A program made the position numbers and the translations under genes. DNA of 64,000 nucleotides from an uncultured Candidatus Binatia bacterium (lineage in GTDB: Bacteria > Desulfobacterota > Binatia > UBA9968 > JAJDTQ01). Positions 18,314 through 27,882 of the stretch are shown here, one piece after another (the stretch's first letter is position 1; each line of letters begins with the position of its first letter). The DNA lies in assembly GCA_965242525.1 (NCBI GenBank), contig OZ251459.1:4085063-4149062 (forward strand), in the 5' to 3' direction. The notes beneath the pieces are model-generated. The model was not told the origin of the DNA, made no database searches, and saw nothing but the letters and a program-made list of their open reading frames with translations.

Positions 18314-19789
18314 ATGGCGCTCGAGGCCTTCCACGAGGCCGTCGGCATCACCTTCACCCTGCCGGTGCTCGGGGGGATCCTGCTGGGGCTGCTGATGGGT
18401 CTCGTCTTCGGCGCGGTGCCGGGTCTCACCGCGGTGCTCGGCATCGTGCTGCTCCTGCCGTTCGTGTGGAACCTGTCGCCTTTCGTCGCCTTCGCCATCA
18501 TGCTCTCTCTGGTGTCCGCGGTGCATACCTCGAACACCTTCCCGGCCTTCTTCTTCAACGTGCCCGGCAGCCCCAGCGCCGCGGCCACCATCCTGGACGG
18601 CTACCCCATGGCGCGCAACGGCGACGCCGCCCGGGGACTGACCGCGGCGTTCGTGGTCTCCGCGGTGGGCGGCGTCATCGGCGCGCTGGTCCTCCTGGCG
18701 GCCCTGCCCGCCTTGCAGCCGGTGGTGCTCGCGTTCGCGGCCCCGGAACGTTTCATGCTGGTGGTGCTGGGGATCCTGATGATCAGCTTCCTCAGCGGCG
18801 CGAAACCGGTCAAGGGCCTGCTGGCCGGTACGCTGGGTCTCTGGCTGGGCGCCGTGGGCCAGGACCCGCAACTGGGAGTGCCCCGGTTCACCTTCGGCGC
18901 CGACTACCTGCTCGACGGGCTCCACGCCGTGCCCATCATCATGGGGTTGTTCGCCTTGCCGGAGGTGGTGTCCCTGGCCATGCGCGGGCGCATCGCGGAA
19001 CGCACGCGCGTGGACATGGGCGAGGGGTTCCGGCCCGGCGTCCGGGCCTGCGTGGCCAACCGGTGGCTGGTGGCGCGGAGCGCGTTGGTGGGGGTGGTGG
19101 GCGGAGCCATACCGGGCATCGGCGGCACCGCGGCCGCGTTCTACGCATACGGCATGGCCGTGCAGGGAGCGGAGGGCGCCCAGCGCGAGGGGTTCGGCAA
19201 GGGCGAGATCCGGGGCGTCATCGCGCCCGAGAGCGCCAACAACGCTTCGGCCGGCGGGGAGCTGGTGCCGTTGCTGGCCTTCGGCGTGCCCGGAGGAGCC
19301 ACGTCGGCCATCCTGCTGGCGGCGTTCCTGGTCCTCGGCATCAACCCCGGCCCCGAGATGCTGGGCGAGAAGCTGCCCCTCAGCTTTTCCATGGTGATCG
19401 TGTTGATGCTGTCGAACCTGCTGGCCACCGCGGTGTGCATCGCGGTGACCCGCCCCGCCGCCCGCATCGCCTTCCTCCGGAGCAACCGGCTGATCCCGGG
19501 ACTGCTGCTGTTCGTGCTGTTCGGCTCCTACGTGGCCTATCCGCACCCCTACACCCTGGTGCTCACGCTCGCCTTCGGGGCCCTGGGTTACCTCATGATG
19601 CGGCTCGACTGGGCCCGGGCGCCGCTCCTGGTGGGTTTCATCCTCGGTCCGCTGGCCGAGAACAACTTGGCCATCTCGCTGTCGAGCTACGGCGCCGCGT
19701 TCCTCATCCGGCCCATCCCCCTCGCCGCGGCGGCGGTCATGCTGCTGGTGGTCTTCGTAGCGGTTCGCCGCGGGGTGCGCGGCGCATGA
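18314..19789 (+). CDS. TctA-family permease
   Basis: 'NVPGSPSAAATILDGYPMAR' and 'GVIAPESANNA...VPLLAFGVPG'. Confidence 0.9.
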   Translation: MALEAFHEAVGITFTLPVLGGILLGLLMGLVFGAVPGLTAVLGIVLLLPFVWNLSPFVAFAIMLSLVSAVHTSNTFPAFFFNVPGSPSAAATILDGYPMARNGDAARGLTAAFVVSAVGGVIGALVLLAALPALQPVVLAFAAPERFMLVVLGILMISFLSGAKPVKGLLAGTLGLWLGAVGQDPQLGVPRFTFGADYLLDGLHAVPIIMGLFALPEVVSLAMRGRIAERTRVDMGEGFRPGVRACVANRWLVARSALVGVVGGAIPGIGGTAAAFYAYGMAVQGAEGAQREGFGKGEIRGVIAPESANNASAGGELVPLLAFGVPGGATSAILLAAFLVLGINPGPEMLGEKLPLSFSMVIVLMLSNLLATAVCIAVTRPAARIAFLRSNRLIPGLLLFVLFGSYVAYPHPYTLVLTLAFGALGYLMMRLDWARAPLLVGFILGPLAENNLAISLSSYGAAFLIRPIPLAAAAVMLLVVFVAVRRGVRGA

Positions 19790-20217
19790 GGGACCTCCGG
19801 GAAGCGGCGCTGGGGAGCGCCGCGGCCGCGCTGTTCGCCGGCGTGGTCCTGGCCGCGCTGGAGTGGGAGCCGGAAGCGGCCACGTTCCCCCTGTTCATCG
19901 GCGTCACCGGCCTGGGACTCGCGGTGTGGAGCGTGACAGGCGACTTGGTGCGGAAGCCTGCGGCGCCGGCCGGGGAGGCGAGGGTCGAGGAGGCGGCGCG
20001 GGCCCGGGCCGCGTTCGGCTGGATCGCGGTCTTCTTCGCGCTGGTGCTCCTGATCGGTTTCCAATGGGGCCTGCCCCTGGCCGTCCTGGCCTATTACCGC
20101 CTGGAGGCGCGCATGGGCTGGACCGGCGCAGTAAGCGCCGCCGCGGCGTGCGCGGCCTTCCTCCACGCCGCCGTGCATTTCCTGTACCTTCCGCTGTACA
20201 CCGGCCTGCTGCCGTAG
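19786..20217 (+). CDS. TctB-family membrane protein
   Basis: MRDLREAALG..., about 4 TM helices, ATGA overlap with tctA. Confidence 0.8.
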   Translation: MRDLREAALGSAAAALFAGVVLAALEWEPEAATFPLFIGVTGLGLAVWSVTGDLVRKPAAPAGEARVEEAARARAAFGWIAVFFALVLLIGFQWGLPLAVLAYYRLEARMGWTGAVSAAAACAAFLHAAVHFLYLPLYTGLLP

Positions 20218-20319
20218 CCGTGAGTTACCGAAACGACGAGGGTGAACCTCGAGGAACATGAATTCCTGGATCGGACCTTGGGGCAACCTCGGCGAGGTCG
20301 CAGGGGAGCCGTGTTCGGG

Positions 20320-20361
20320 TTGCCAAAAGTATCTTAAGTGTTACCATTGATTCGTGGTAAC
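20320..20361 (+). promoter_or_regulatory. Putative promoter and operator of the orphan HTH antitoxin gene
   Basis: TTGCCA-16 nt-TACCAT; inverted repeat GTTACCA-N8-TGGTAAC (20340-20361) overlaps the -10; AT-rich patch. Confidence 0.55.
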
Positions 20362-20379
20362 TAATTTGAGGGTAACGAA

Positions 20380-20697
20380 ATGGCCTTGACAAGAGACTTC
20401 AAGGAAACGATACGTGCTCGCGTGGAGAACGACCCGGCCTTTCGTGAGGCATTGCTCAGGGAAGGCGTCGAGTGCCTGCTTTCCGGTGACGTGGACACCG
20501 GCAAGGCGGTGCTGCGCGACTACATCAACGCCACCGTCGGCTTCGAGGAGCTGGGCGGCGTTATCGACAAATCGCCCAAGAGCCTGATGCGCATGTTCAG
20601 TCCCTCGGGCAATCCGCAGGCGCGCAACCTGTTCGAGGTCCTCCGTTATCTCCAGAAGCAGGAGGGCCTGCATTTCATGGTGCAGGCCGTTCGATAG
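20380..20697 (+). CDS. HTH addiction-module antidote-like transcriptional regulator (no adjacent toxin)
   Basis: 'MALTRDFKETIRARVENDPAFREALL...LRDYINATVGF...KSLMRMFSPSGNP'. Confidence 0.8.
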   Translation: MALTRDFKETIRARVENDPAFREALLREGVECLLSGDVDTGKAVLRDYINATVGFEELGGVIDKSPKSLMRMFSPSGNPQARNLFEVLRYLQKQEGLHFMVQAVR

Positions 20698-20729
20698 GCG
20701 GATGGAAAACGAAGGGAACCGCCCCTTCC

Positions 20730-21812
20730 CTACGGGTGCACGTCCTGGGTGAACCATTCCGTGGGCAGGGTCCGGCCGACGCCTTTGGCTACGGCCTCGC
20801 GATAGACCCGGTGGGCCACTGCGGTGAACTGGAGCCCCTGCCCGACGTTGTTGACGAACGCCGTGGTCTCGTCCGGCGACCGTCGTCCCTCCACCGCGCC
20901 GATGAGGGCCTGGGGCAGTTCCCGGATGCGCTCCCAGAGCGGCGTCGAGCGGTCGGACCACCAGCCACCGGCGCCCTCCGGGGTCTCCACCGCGGGCGTG
21001 CGGTAGGTCTGCGGGCGGATGTTGGCGGGGTTCGTGGAGAACAGGAACACCTTGTCCACGGCGTTCAGGAAGTCATGGTCCATCTCCTGCACCTTGACGG
21101 CGCTGTAGTGGACGCCGGGGCGCAGCCATTTTTGCCGGTGCACCGGCGACATGGAGTTGGTCCCCGTCACCACCATGTCGGCCCCTTCCACCGCTTCGTC
21201 CGCGGACTCCACCGGCGTGAGCCGGGCCTGGACCTCCGGGGCCAGCTCTCGGCAGAAGCGTTCGCGGTTCACCGGGTTGGGGCTGAACACCTTCACCTCG
21301 GCGATGGGCCGCACCGCACAGTGGGCCATCAGTTGTCCGCCGGCCTGCCACCCGGTCCCCAGCAGCGCCATGACCCGGGCGTCTTCCCGCGCCAGGTGAC
21401 GCGCGGCCAACCCGTTGGCCGCGCCCACGCGCATGCGCGAGACGTAGCCGTCGGGACAGATCATGACCGGGGTTCCGGTCTCCATGCTGAAGAGCAGCAG
21501 GAGCCCGTTCCAGCGGCCGTCGGCCGAAGGCAGCCGGTCCCTCCTCACGTTGCCCATGACCTCCGGCCAGACGAGCACGTCGCTGTCGATGCGCAGGGCC
21601 GCCATGCCCGCGTCGGGCCAGAGGCCGCTCATGGTCTTCAGGCTGTAAACCCCTCGGGTCTCGCCGAAGACGGTGGGCGCCAACGTGTCCACCCGCGGAC
21701 TGTTGACCGCTTCCCCGGCCTCCAGCGACCGTTGCGAGCGCTCGACGCACTCCATGGCCATCTCCATGGTCAGTATCCGGCCGATTTCTTCGTTGCTGAG
21801 CAGCAGTGTCAT
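20730..21812 (-). CDS. Ornithine cyclodeaminase/mu-crystallin family protein
   Basis: 'RMRVGAANGLAARHLAREDA', 'LLGTGWQA', 'GQGLQFTAVA'. Confidence 0.88.
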   Translation of the reverse strand: MTLLLSNEEIGRILTMEMAMECVERSQRSLEAGEAVNSPRVDTLAPTVFGETRGVYSLKTMSGLWPDAGMAALRIDSDVLVWPEVMGNVRRDRLPSADGRWNGLLLLFSMETGTPVMICPDGYVSRMRVGAANGLAARHLAREDARVMALLGTGWQAGGQLMAHCAVRPIAEVKVFSPNPVNRERFCRELAPEVQARLTPVESADEAVEGADMVVTGTNSMSPVHRQKWLRPGVHYSAVKVQEMDHDFLNAVDKVFLFSTNPANIRPQTYRTPAVETPEGAGGWWSDRSTPLWERIRELPQALIGAVEGRRSPDETTAFVNNVGQGLQFTAVAHRVYREAVAKGVGRTLPTEWFTQDVHP

Positions 21813-21863
21813 CCGTGAACCTCCGGTTGCGACGGCGGTCCAAGGTCAACGATCGGGACCGTC

Positions 21864-21898
21864 ATCCTGACGTGGTGGAATCCTGACGTGGTGGAATC
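21864..21898. repeat. 16-bp tandem duplication
   Basis: ATCCTGACGTGGTGGA x2 plus ATC, in the divergent intergenic region. Confidence 0.8.
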
Positions 21899-21989
21899 GT
21901 GCAGGGTAGCCCATTCGGCCCGCAGGGAAAAGCCTTCGGCGGGATTCGGTTGACGAGACCGGCGTTTTCGGCCATATATCCTTGCGTCT

Positions 21990-22062
<73 letters not shown>

Positions 22063-22124
22063 CCTCTTCCTTCCGCGCCGGGTCTTCCACCACCCTTCAC
22101 TTCCATGCTGAACCGAGGACTCCC

Positions 22125-23267
22125 ATGGCGGCCATGAACCATCCCATGCTGGAAGCGGCCCGAGCGCTGTCCCCCACCATCCGGTCGTGCGCGGACCGGA
22201 TCGAGGCGGACCGGGAGTTGCCCCGGCCGCTGTTCGAGGCGCTGGCCGACGCGGACCTGTTCAAGCTCGGACTGCCTCGGTCCCTGGGAGGAGTCGAGAT
22301 CGACCTGCCGACCTTCGTCGAGGTGCTGGAGGAGTTGGGCAAGGCCGACGCCAGCACCGCGTGGCTGGTCAACCAGTGTTCGATCTTCGCCACCTATGCG
22401 GCGCGCATGCCGCCGGAGGCGGCCCGCCTCATCTGGACCGACACCCCGCGTAGCGTCGTGGCCAATACGTCGATGCCCACGGCCGAGGCGGAACCGGTCC
22501 CGGGCGGTTACCGGGTGACCGGCCGGCACCGCTTCAGCTCGGGTTCCCGGCACGCCTCCTGGTTCGCGGCTCGGGCTTGGGTCCCGGAGGACGGGGAGCG
22601 CGTGCAGAAGTTCCTGTTCGTGCCGGCCGCAGATGTGGAGGTGCTGGACACCTGGAAGGTCCGCGGGATGCGCGGCACCGGCACCCACGACTTCGTGGTG
22701 GACGGCGCCTTCGTCCCCGCGGACCGGACCGTGCGCCAACTCGGCAGCCCGCTCCTGGAGACGGGGCCGCTGTACCGGATCTCCCTGGTGCTGCTGTTCG
22801 CCTCGGGCGATGGCGCCCTGGCCCTGGGGGCGGCCCGGTCGTGCCTGGACGCGTTCCTGGAGTTGGCGGGGGCCAAGACCCCCCACGCCATGAAGTCGCT
22901 GATGCGGGACCAGCCATCGGTCCAGTTGATGGTGGGGCAGACCCGCGCGGCGCTGGCGTCCGGGCGGGCCTACTTGCGGGAGGCCGTCCGCGCCATCTGG
23001 GCCGAGATGGCGTCCGCCGGCCCCGTTACGCTGGAGCAGCGGGTGGGCCTGCGGCTGGCGGCGACGCACGTCATCCGGCTCGCGGTCCGGGCGGTGGAGA
23101 TCCTGTACCAGGCCGCGGGCGCCACCGCCATCTACGAAGGCAACCTGATACAGCGCCACTTCCAGGACCTGCACGTCATCAGCCAGCACCAGCAGGCGCG
23201 CCAAGTGGCCTACGAGCTGGCCGGGAAGCAGCGCCTGGGACTGGAGATCGAAACCTCGCGGCTCTGA
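22125..23267 (+). CDS. Acyl-CoA dehydrogenase-fold flavin monooxygenase (HsaA-like)
   Basis: 'LGKADASTAW', 'GGYRVTGRHRFSSGS', 'DTWKVRGMRGTGTHDF', 'IQRHFQDLH'. Confidence 0.85.
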   Translation: MAAMNHPMLEAARALSPTIRSCADRIEADRELPRPLFEALADADLFKLGLPRSLGGVEIDLPTFVEVLEELGKADASTAWLVNQCSIFATYAARMPPEAARLIWTDTPRSVVANTSMPTAEAEPVPGGYRVTGRHRFSSGSRHASWFAARAWVPEDGERVQKFLFVPAADVEVLDTWKVRGMRGTGTHDFVVDGAFVPADRTVRQLGSPLLETGPLYRISLVLLFASGDGALALGAARSCLDAFLELAGAKTPHAMKSLMRDQPSVQLMVGQTRAALASGRAYLREAVRAIWAEMASAGPVTLEQRVGLRLAATHVIRLAVRAVEILYQAAGATAIYEGNLIQRHFQDLHVISQHQQARQVAYELAGKQRLGLEIETSRL

Positions 23268-23389
23268 CCGTCCACGTCACAGGGCCTCGGCCCTCGGACT
23301 GTCCGCGGACGCGGTCCAGGAGCGCGCCATCCGGCTTTGCGGCTGCACGCTTTCCGGTGTCCGTACGAATTCCCTTTGGGGAGAAGCGC

Positions 23390-23689
23390 CTAATCGCGGT
23401 CTGCGATCAAGGTGTCCGGCTGCCAGTTTCTCCTGTTCAACCACTTCCACGCCCTCTCCGGCAGCCAACCCTGGTAGTTATTGGTCACTTGTATGACCAG
23501 AAGGCTGTCATCGGCGTCCATGTGCTTGCGAAGACGTTTCTGCCACTCGGCCGGACCGGATTGCGTGCTGATTATCCACGTCGAATCCAAATGGTGCCAC
23601 CAAGCGTCCGCCGCCTTGATTTCTTCGTACAGGCCGCTGTAATCCTGTCCGGGGTCGATGAGATCATACGAAATCAAGAGAATCATCAC
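23390..23689 (-). CDS. Small Cas2/VapD-like ferredoxin-fold protein
   Basis: N-terminal 'LLISYDL' strand ending in Asp; 'WWHHLDSTWII'; 'DxDDSLLVI'; lower GC than flanks. Confidence 0.65.
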   Translation of the reverse strand: MMILLISYDLIDPGQDYSGLYEEIKAADAWWHHLDSTWIISTQSGPAEWQKRLRKHMDADDSLLVIQVTNNYQGWLPERAWKWLNRRNWQPDTLIADRD

Positions 23690-24051
23690 GCATCCTCCTT
23701 GTCCGCGATCTCCCTGGTCGCATCTATCTTCGATAGCTCCCTGGGTCCATATGGCGTCGGCAGCTCACTGTCGCGGAGTCCTTCCCGCAAAACGGCCAAG
23801 TGGGTCTCCTGATCGAAAACAAGTTTCTTCGGAAAAAATACGATCAAGAGCGTAACAACGACGATTACGATCAGGAACATTCCGAATGTCATATAGATGA
23901 TATTCGCTGTGACATCCGGCGGCAACCCTGACTCCCACGTCAGTCCTACAACGATAATAACGGCCAACGAGATAACCACCGCAGTAAAAAACTTCAGTGG
24001 GCTGGCAACGTTCTTTATGGTCTTGTACGCGATTCCTCGAACGTCGTTCAT
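23686..24051 (-). CDS. Hypothetical two-TM membrane protein
   Basis: Two hydrophobic helices and a short charged C-tail; low GC; ATGA overlap with the downstream gene. Confidence 0.7.
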   Translation of the reverse strand: MNDVRGIAYKTIKNVASPLKFFTAVVISLAVIIVVGLTWESGLPPDVTANIIYMTFGMFLIVIVVVTLLIVFFPKKLVFDQETHLAVLREGLRDSELPTPYGPRELSKIDATREIADKEDA

Positions 24052-24054
24052 CGG

Positions 24055-24936
24055 CTACAGCGCCACCGCCGACTCATAAGGTTGGTCGAGGGCGTCGTCG
24101 AAGAGTTTCCGCGAGGCCATCCAGCGGTGCGTCTGCTCGAAGACTTCGCGGGTGTAGGGCTCGAAGACCATGCGTTCGCCGAGTCCCATGCCATCGACCT
24201 CCACCAGCTCGTGGTATCGTTCGGGCAGCTCCTTGAGCAGGTAGTGGCGGTAACGCTCCGGCTCCATGTCGATGGCGCGCTGCGCCCTTTGGAGCGCGTT
24301 GAAGTACTTCTTGGCGGCTTCTTCGTCCGTGTCCGGCTCCAGGAGGAAGCCGATCATGAACGTGGTATCGACCACCTTTCGGAACCCCTGCTGCTCCACC
24401 ACGTACATGGGCGCGCCGAAGACGTTGCCCGCGGGAACCTGGCGTTCCAGCAACCGCGCCATACGGTCCAGCGGACGGCCGGCGAATTGCAGCTTGATCC
24501 GGGAAGGCTCCATGACGTTCTCCAGGGCCTGCAGCGCCGAGAAGTGGCTGCCGGAATGGTAGCCCACGGCGACCTCCACGTCGGCCAGGTCCGAGGGTTT
24601 GTGGATGGGGGACTCCGGCGGGACGTAGATGCCCGCAGGCGTCACCGAGTAGGCGTGTCCCCACATGCGGCCGTGCTGCCCGGTGGCCGCCACGTTGACC
24701 ATCCAATGGCAGGCCGAGCTTACCTCGCAGGAACGGCCGTCCTGGATGTCCTCCAGAGCGCCGTGCCGGACCTCCCGGACCGCCTCGGGCTCTGGCGCCT
24801 GCGGTTGCACGGTCTGCTCCGAGACCAAGCCGTAGATGAACTCGTAGTCCAACCCTTCGTCCTCGAAGTACCCCAACTCCTCCGCCACCCATTCCTGGAG
24901 CCTGCCGTGCGGCTGGATGCGAAACTTTGTCGCCAT
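24055..24936 (-). CDS. ABC-type substrate-binding protein (NMT1/SsuA-like fold, no signal peptide)
   Basis: 'VAEELGYFEDEGLDYE', 'SPIHKPSDLADVEVAVG'. Confidence 0.75.
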   Translation of the reverse strand: MATKFRIQPHGRLQEWVAEELGYFEDEGLDYEFIYGLVSEQTVQPQAPEPEAVREVRHGALEDIQDGRSCEVSSACHWMVNVAATGQHGRMWGHAYSVTPAGIYVPPESPIHKPSDLADVEVAVGYHSGSHFSALQALENVMEPSRIKLQFAGRPLDRMARLLERQVPAGNVFGAPMYVVEQQGFRKVVDTTFMIGFLLEPDTDEEAAKKYFNALQRAQRAIDMEPERYRHYLLKELPERYHELVEVDGMGLGERMVFEPYTREVFEQTHRWMASRKLFDDALDQPYESAVAL

Positions 24937-25044
24937 GGTCCTTTCCTCCGCCGTGTGTTGGTTCGCCCGACTCGTCGTCAGTATGGGAAACCCTGAACGA
25001 TCGAAACATGGAGGATGGGTTCCCTCACCCTGACCCTCCTGTCT

Positions 25045-25087
25045 CCGTTCGTCCTGAGCGTAGCGAAGCGGAGTCGAAGGACGCGCT
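25045..25087 (+). repeat. Palindromic repeat family A, copy 4 (TIR-like GGAAACCCTGAAC at 24986-24998)
   Basis: Consensus with one substitution. Confidence 0.9.
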
Positions 25088-25264
25088 CATGCCCCCTGCC
25101 CAATCGTCCAGAGTCGCCCATGACAAGTTAATGGAACCACGGCGGCGCGTCAATGACGGACGCGGGTCCTTTCCCGGTCCACCTGTGACACGGAAAGGGA
25201 GAGGGCTTCCCGCGCGCGGGAGCGGGAAGCCCGTGACTCCGGCAAGCTCGCGGGGAGCCCCGCC

Positions 25265-25912
25265 TCAGCGGGTCTCCTTCACCACCTCCATGGGCCCGGA
25301 GGCGCCTCGGCCGCCATCGGTGGTCTCCTCGGGTCCGACCGCGAAGGTCTGGCCCGCGTTCACCATGCCGGGGGTCGCCTCTCCGGGGCCATGCCAGCGG
25401 AAGTCGGCCAGGGAGGCGCCCGATCCCTTGAGTTGGAGCGAATGGCCCGTCTGCGTGGTGTTCGATTCCCGCACGCCGATGTCCGCGGCCGCCAGCCCCT
25501 CGGCCGGTCCCGAAGCCGCGGTGAAGCCGCCTTCATAGCTCAGGAAGTGGACCACCTCGTTCTCGGGGTTGACCAGCGCGATGCCGTCCGGGGCGCCGTT
25601 CTCGATGCGGTTGATGGGAAAGGAGAGGGTCCCGTAGCCTCCCTGCTGGTCCGGGATGACACCCCCCAGCGGAATGGTCCTGTAGGGCATGCCGTTCTTG
25701 CCGTTGTAGAGCACCAGGCTCCATCCTCCGGTGTCGGTCCCCGCGGGTCCCGCCACCTCCAGTCCTTCCTCGGTGTCCGGGCCGAGGTTGTCGTAGTGGA
25801 TCTCGTTGATGAATATCGTCTGCCCCCACGCGGGGAACCCTGCGCACATGGCCATCCCCAACACCGCCGCGGCCGATACCCATCGCCAACAGGCTGTCGA
25901 ACCCTTGCGCAT
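25265..25912 (-). CDS. Secreted lamin-tail-like domain protein
   Basis: Signal peptide; 'IFINEIHYDN', 'WSLVLYNG', 'ENGAPDGIALV', 'FLSYEG', 'ATPGMVNAGQ'. Confidence 0.7.
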   Translation of the reverse strand: MRKGSTACWRWVSAAAVLGMAMCAGFPAWGQTIFINEIHYDNLGPDTEEGLEVAGPAGTDTGGWSLVLYNGKNGMPYRTIPLGGVIPDQQGGYGTLSFPINRIENGAPDGIALVNPENEVVHFLSYEGGFTAASGPAEGLAAADIGVRESNTTQTGHSLQLKGSGASLADFRWHGPGEATPGMVNAGQTFAVGPEETTDGGRGASGPMEVVKETR

Positions 25913-26026
25913 CTCTGCACCTCCTTCGGGCGTGATCCGTGCCGGGTCCACGAGTGTCCCGGCCCATACAGGAGATGATCGTCAGGAGCGCGGAAAACTT
26001 TAGCCCGCGCCCTCGGCGCGGAGGCC

Positions 26027-27349
26027 TCAGTCCATCAGCCCCGGCAACCACAGCACCAGCCCGGGGAAGAGGATCATGAGGGCCATGACCACGAGGTTCA
26101 AACCCACGAAGGGGAGGGCCGCCCGGTAGATGTCGCCCATGGTGGTGCCCGGCGACGCGATCCCCTTCATGACGAAGAGGGACAGGCCGAAGGGCGGCGA
26201 GATGGTGGCCAGCTCCAGGTTGAGCAGCATGATGGCGCCGAACCACACCGGGTCCCATCCCAGGGCGTTGACGATGGGCATGTAGATGGGGATGGTCACC
26301 AGGACGATGGAGGTCTGCTCGATGAACATGCCCAGGAACACCAGCACCACCTGCATCAGGATTAGGATGACGATGGGGTGCACCGGCAGTCCCACCACGA
26401 GGTTGGTGATGCCGGAGGTGACCCCGGTGAAGGCCAGGACCTGGCTGAAGGCGGCGGAGCCGGTGAGTATGACCAGGACCATCACCGCGATGGAGGTGGT
26501 GGCGCCCACCGCCTCCCGGGCCACTCGCCATGTGAGCCTGCCGTAGGCCAGAGCGAGCAGGAAGCAGAGCAGCGCGCCCACGGCCGCGGCCTCCGTGGGC
26601 GTGGCGATGCCCAGGAAGATCGTCCCGATGACGATGACGATGACGGACACGAGCGGCGCCACGTAGCGGAAGGTGTCGGCGATGCGGCGCCCCAGCGGGG
26701 TCGGCGCCACGTCGTAGGCGGGGGCCAGGGAGGGTTGGAGGGTGCACCGGATGATGATGTAGGCGGCGTACACGCAGGCCAGCAACAGGCCCGGGACGAC
26801 GATGCCCACCAGCAGCTTGCCCACCGATATCTTGCCCAGGCTCGCCAGGATGACGCCCAGGGCGGTGGGCGGGATCATGATGGCGAGGCTGCCGCTGGCC
26901 AGTATGGGGCCGAACGACATGGACTTGCTGTAGCCGCGCTTTTCCATGTCCGGGGCCAGGGTGGAGCCCAGCATGGCCACGCTGCCCATGGCCACGCCGG
27001 TGAGGGTGGCGAACAGGGCCCCGGCGCCCACCGCGAGCAGGGACAGCCTGCCGGCGATGCGCCCGAGCCATTCGTCCAGCACGTCGATCATCTTGTAGGC
27101 CACGCCGGAATGGAACATGACCGCGCCCATGAGGATGAACATGGGCACGGGCACCAGCACGAACGTGGAGATGGAGCTGTCGATGCTGAGGACGAGCTGC
27201 TGCAGGCCGATGGCGCCGCCCCAGAACACGTACACCCCGATGAGGTTCACCAGGGTGAAGGCGAAGGCCACCGGCAGTCCGATGAGGAGCAGGACGGTGA
27301 GACCGCCGAAGAAGAACAGCATGTACGCCCACCACTCCACCGGCCTCAC
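26027..27349 (-). CDS. dctM: TRAP transporter large permease
   Basis: 'LAIMIPPT', 'GIATPTEAAAVG', 'ISPPFGLSLFV'. Confidence 0.92.
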   Translation of the reverse strand: MRPVEWWAYMLFFFGGLTVLLLIGLPVAFAFTLVNLIGVYVFWGGAIGLQQLVLSIDSSISTFVLVPVPMFILMGAVMFHSGVAYKMIDVLDEWLGRIAGRLSLLAVGAGALFATLTGVAMGSVAMLGSTLAPDMEKRGYSKSMSFGPILASGSLAIMIPPTALGVILASLGKISVGKLLVGIVVPGLLLACVYAAYIIIRCTLQPSLAPAYDVAPTPLGRRIADTFRYVAPLVSVIVIVIGTIFLGIATPTEAAAVGALLCFLLALAYGRLTWRVAREAVGATTSIAVMVLVILTGSAAFSQVLAFTGVTSGITNLVVGLPVHPIVILILMQVVLVFLGMFIEQTSIVLVTIPIYMPIVNALGWDPVWFGAIMLLNLELATISPPFGLSLFVMKGIASPGTTMGDIYRAALPFVGLNLVVMALMILFPGLVLWLPGLMD

Positions 27350-27350
27350 C

Positions 27351-27866
27351 TCATGGTTCGGGGTTCCTGGTCCCGGTTCCTTCGAGGGCGCGCCGCGCCC
27401 GCCGCATGAACTGCACGAAGAGGAGGAAGGTCCCCAACGGAATGACGCCGAGGTTGATGACCCTGGGGATCTCGATCTCGGCCGGGATGAGTATGCCCCG
27501 CTGCCAGGAGGTGAACGATTCCATGGCGCCGTACACGGTCACCACCAGGCAGATGAGCGCGCCGATGACGGAGTTGACGCACGTGAGCCAGCGCCGGGAG
27601 TCGGGCCGGAGCCGGGAGACCAGGATGTCGATGGTGACGTGCTCTTCCCTGCGGAGCACCCAGGCTGCGCCCAGGAACGCGATATAGACCAGCAGCGTGC
27701 CGCTGATCTGGTCCACCCCGATCAGGCCTTCCCGGAGACCGTACCGGAAGAAGACCTTGACGGAGGTCAGGAGCATGACGGCCACCAAGAGCGCGCCCGC
27801 CAACGCCGCGCCCAGGTCCAGGATGGAATCGAAGAGGCGGGCGATCTTGTTCTTGCCGGCCGTCAT
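27351..27866 (-). CDS. dctQ: TRAP transporter small permease
   Basis: Four TM helices, 'FLGAAWVLRREEHVTID'. Confidence 0.9.
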   Translation of the reverse strand: MTAGKNKIARLFDSILDLGAALAGALLVAVMLLTSVKVFFRYGLREGLIGVDQISGTLLVYIAFLGAAWVLRREEHVTIDILVSRLRPDSRRWLTCVNSVIGALICLVVTVYGAMESFTSWQRGILIPAEIEIPRVINLGVIPLGTFLLFVQFMRRARRALEGTGTRNPEP

Positions 27867-27882
27867 GCGGAGACGCGGGGTC

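Noticed and set aside
23390-23689. True cas2 of a CRISPR-Cas locus
   Set aside because: No cas1, other cas genes or array nearby; treated as a stand-alone Cas2/VapD-like fold.
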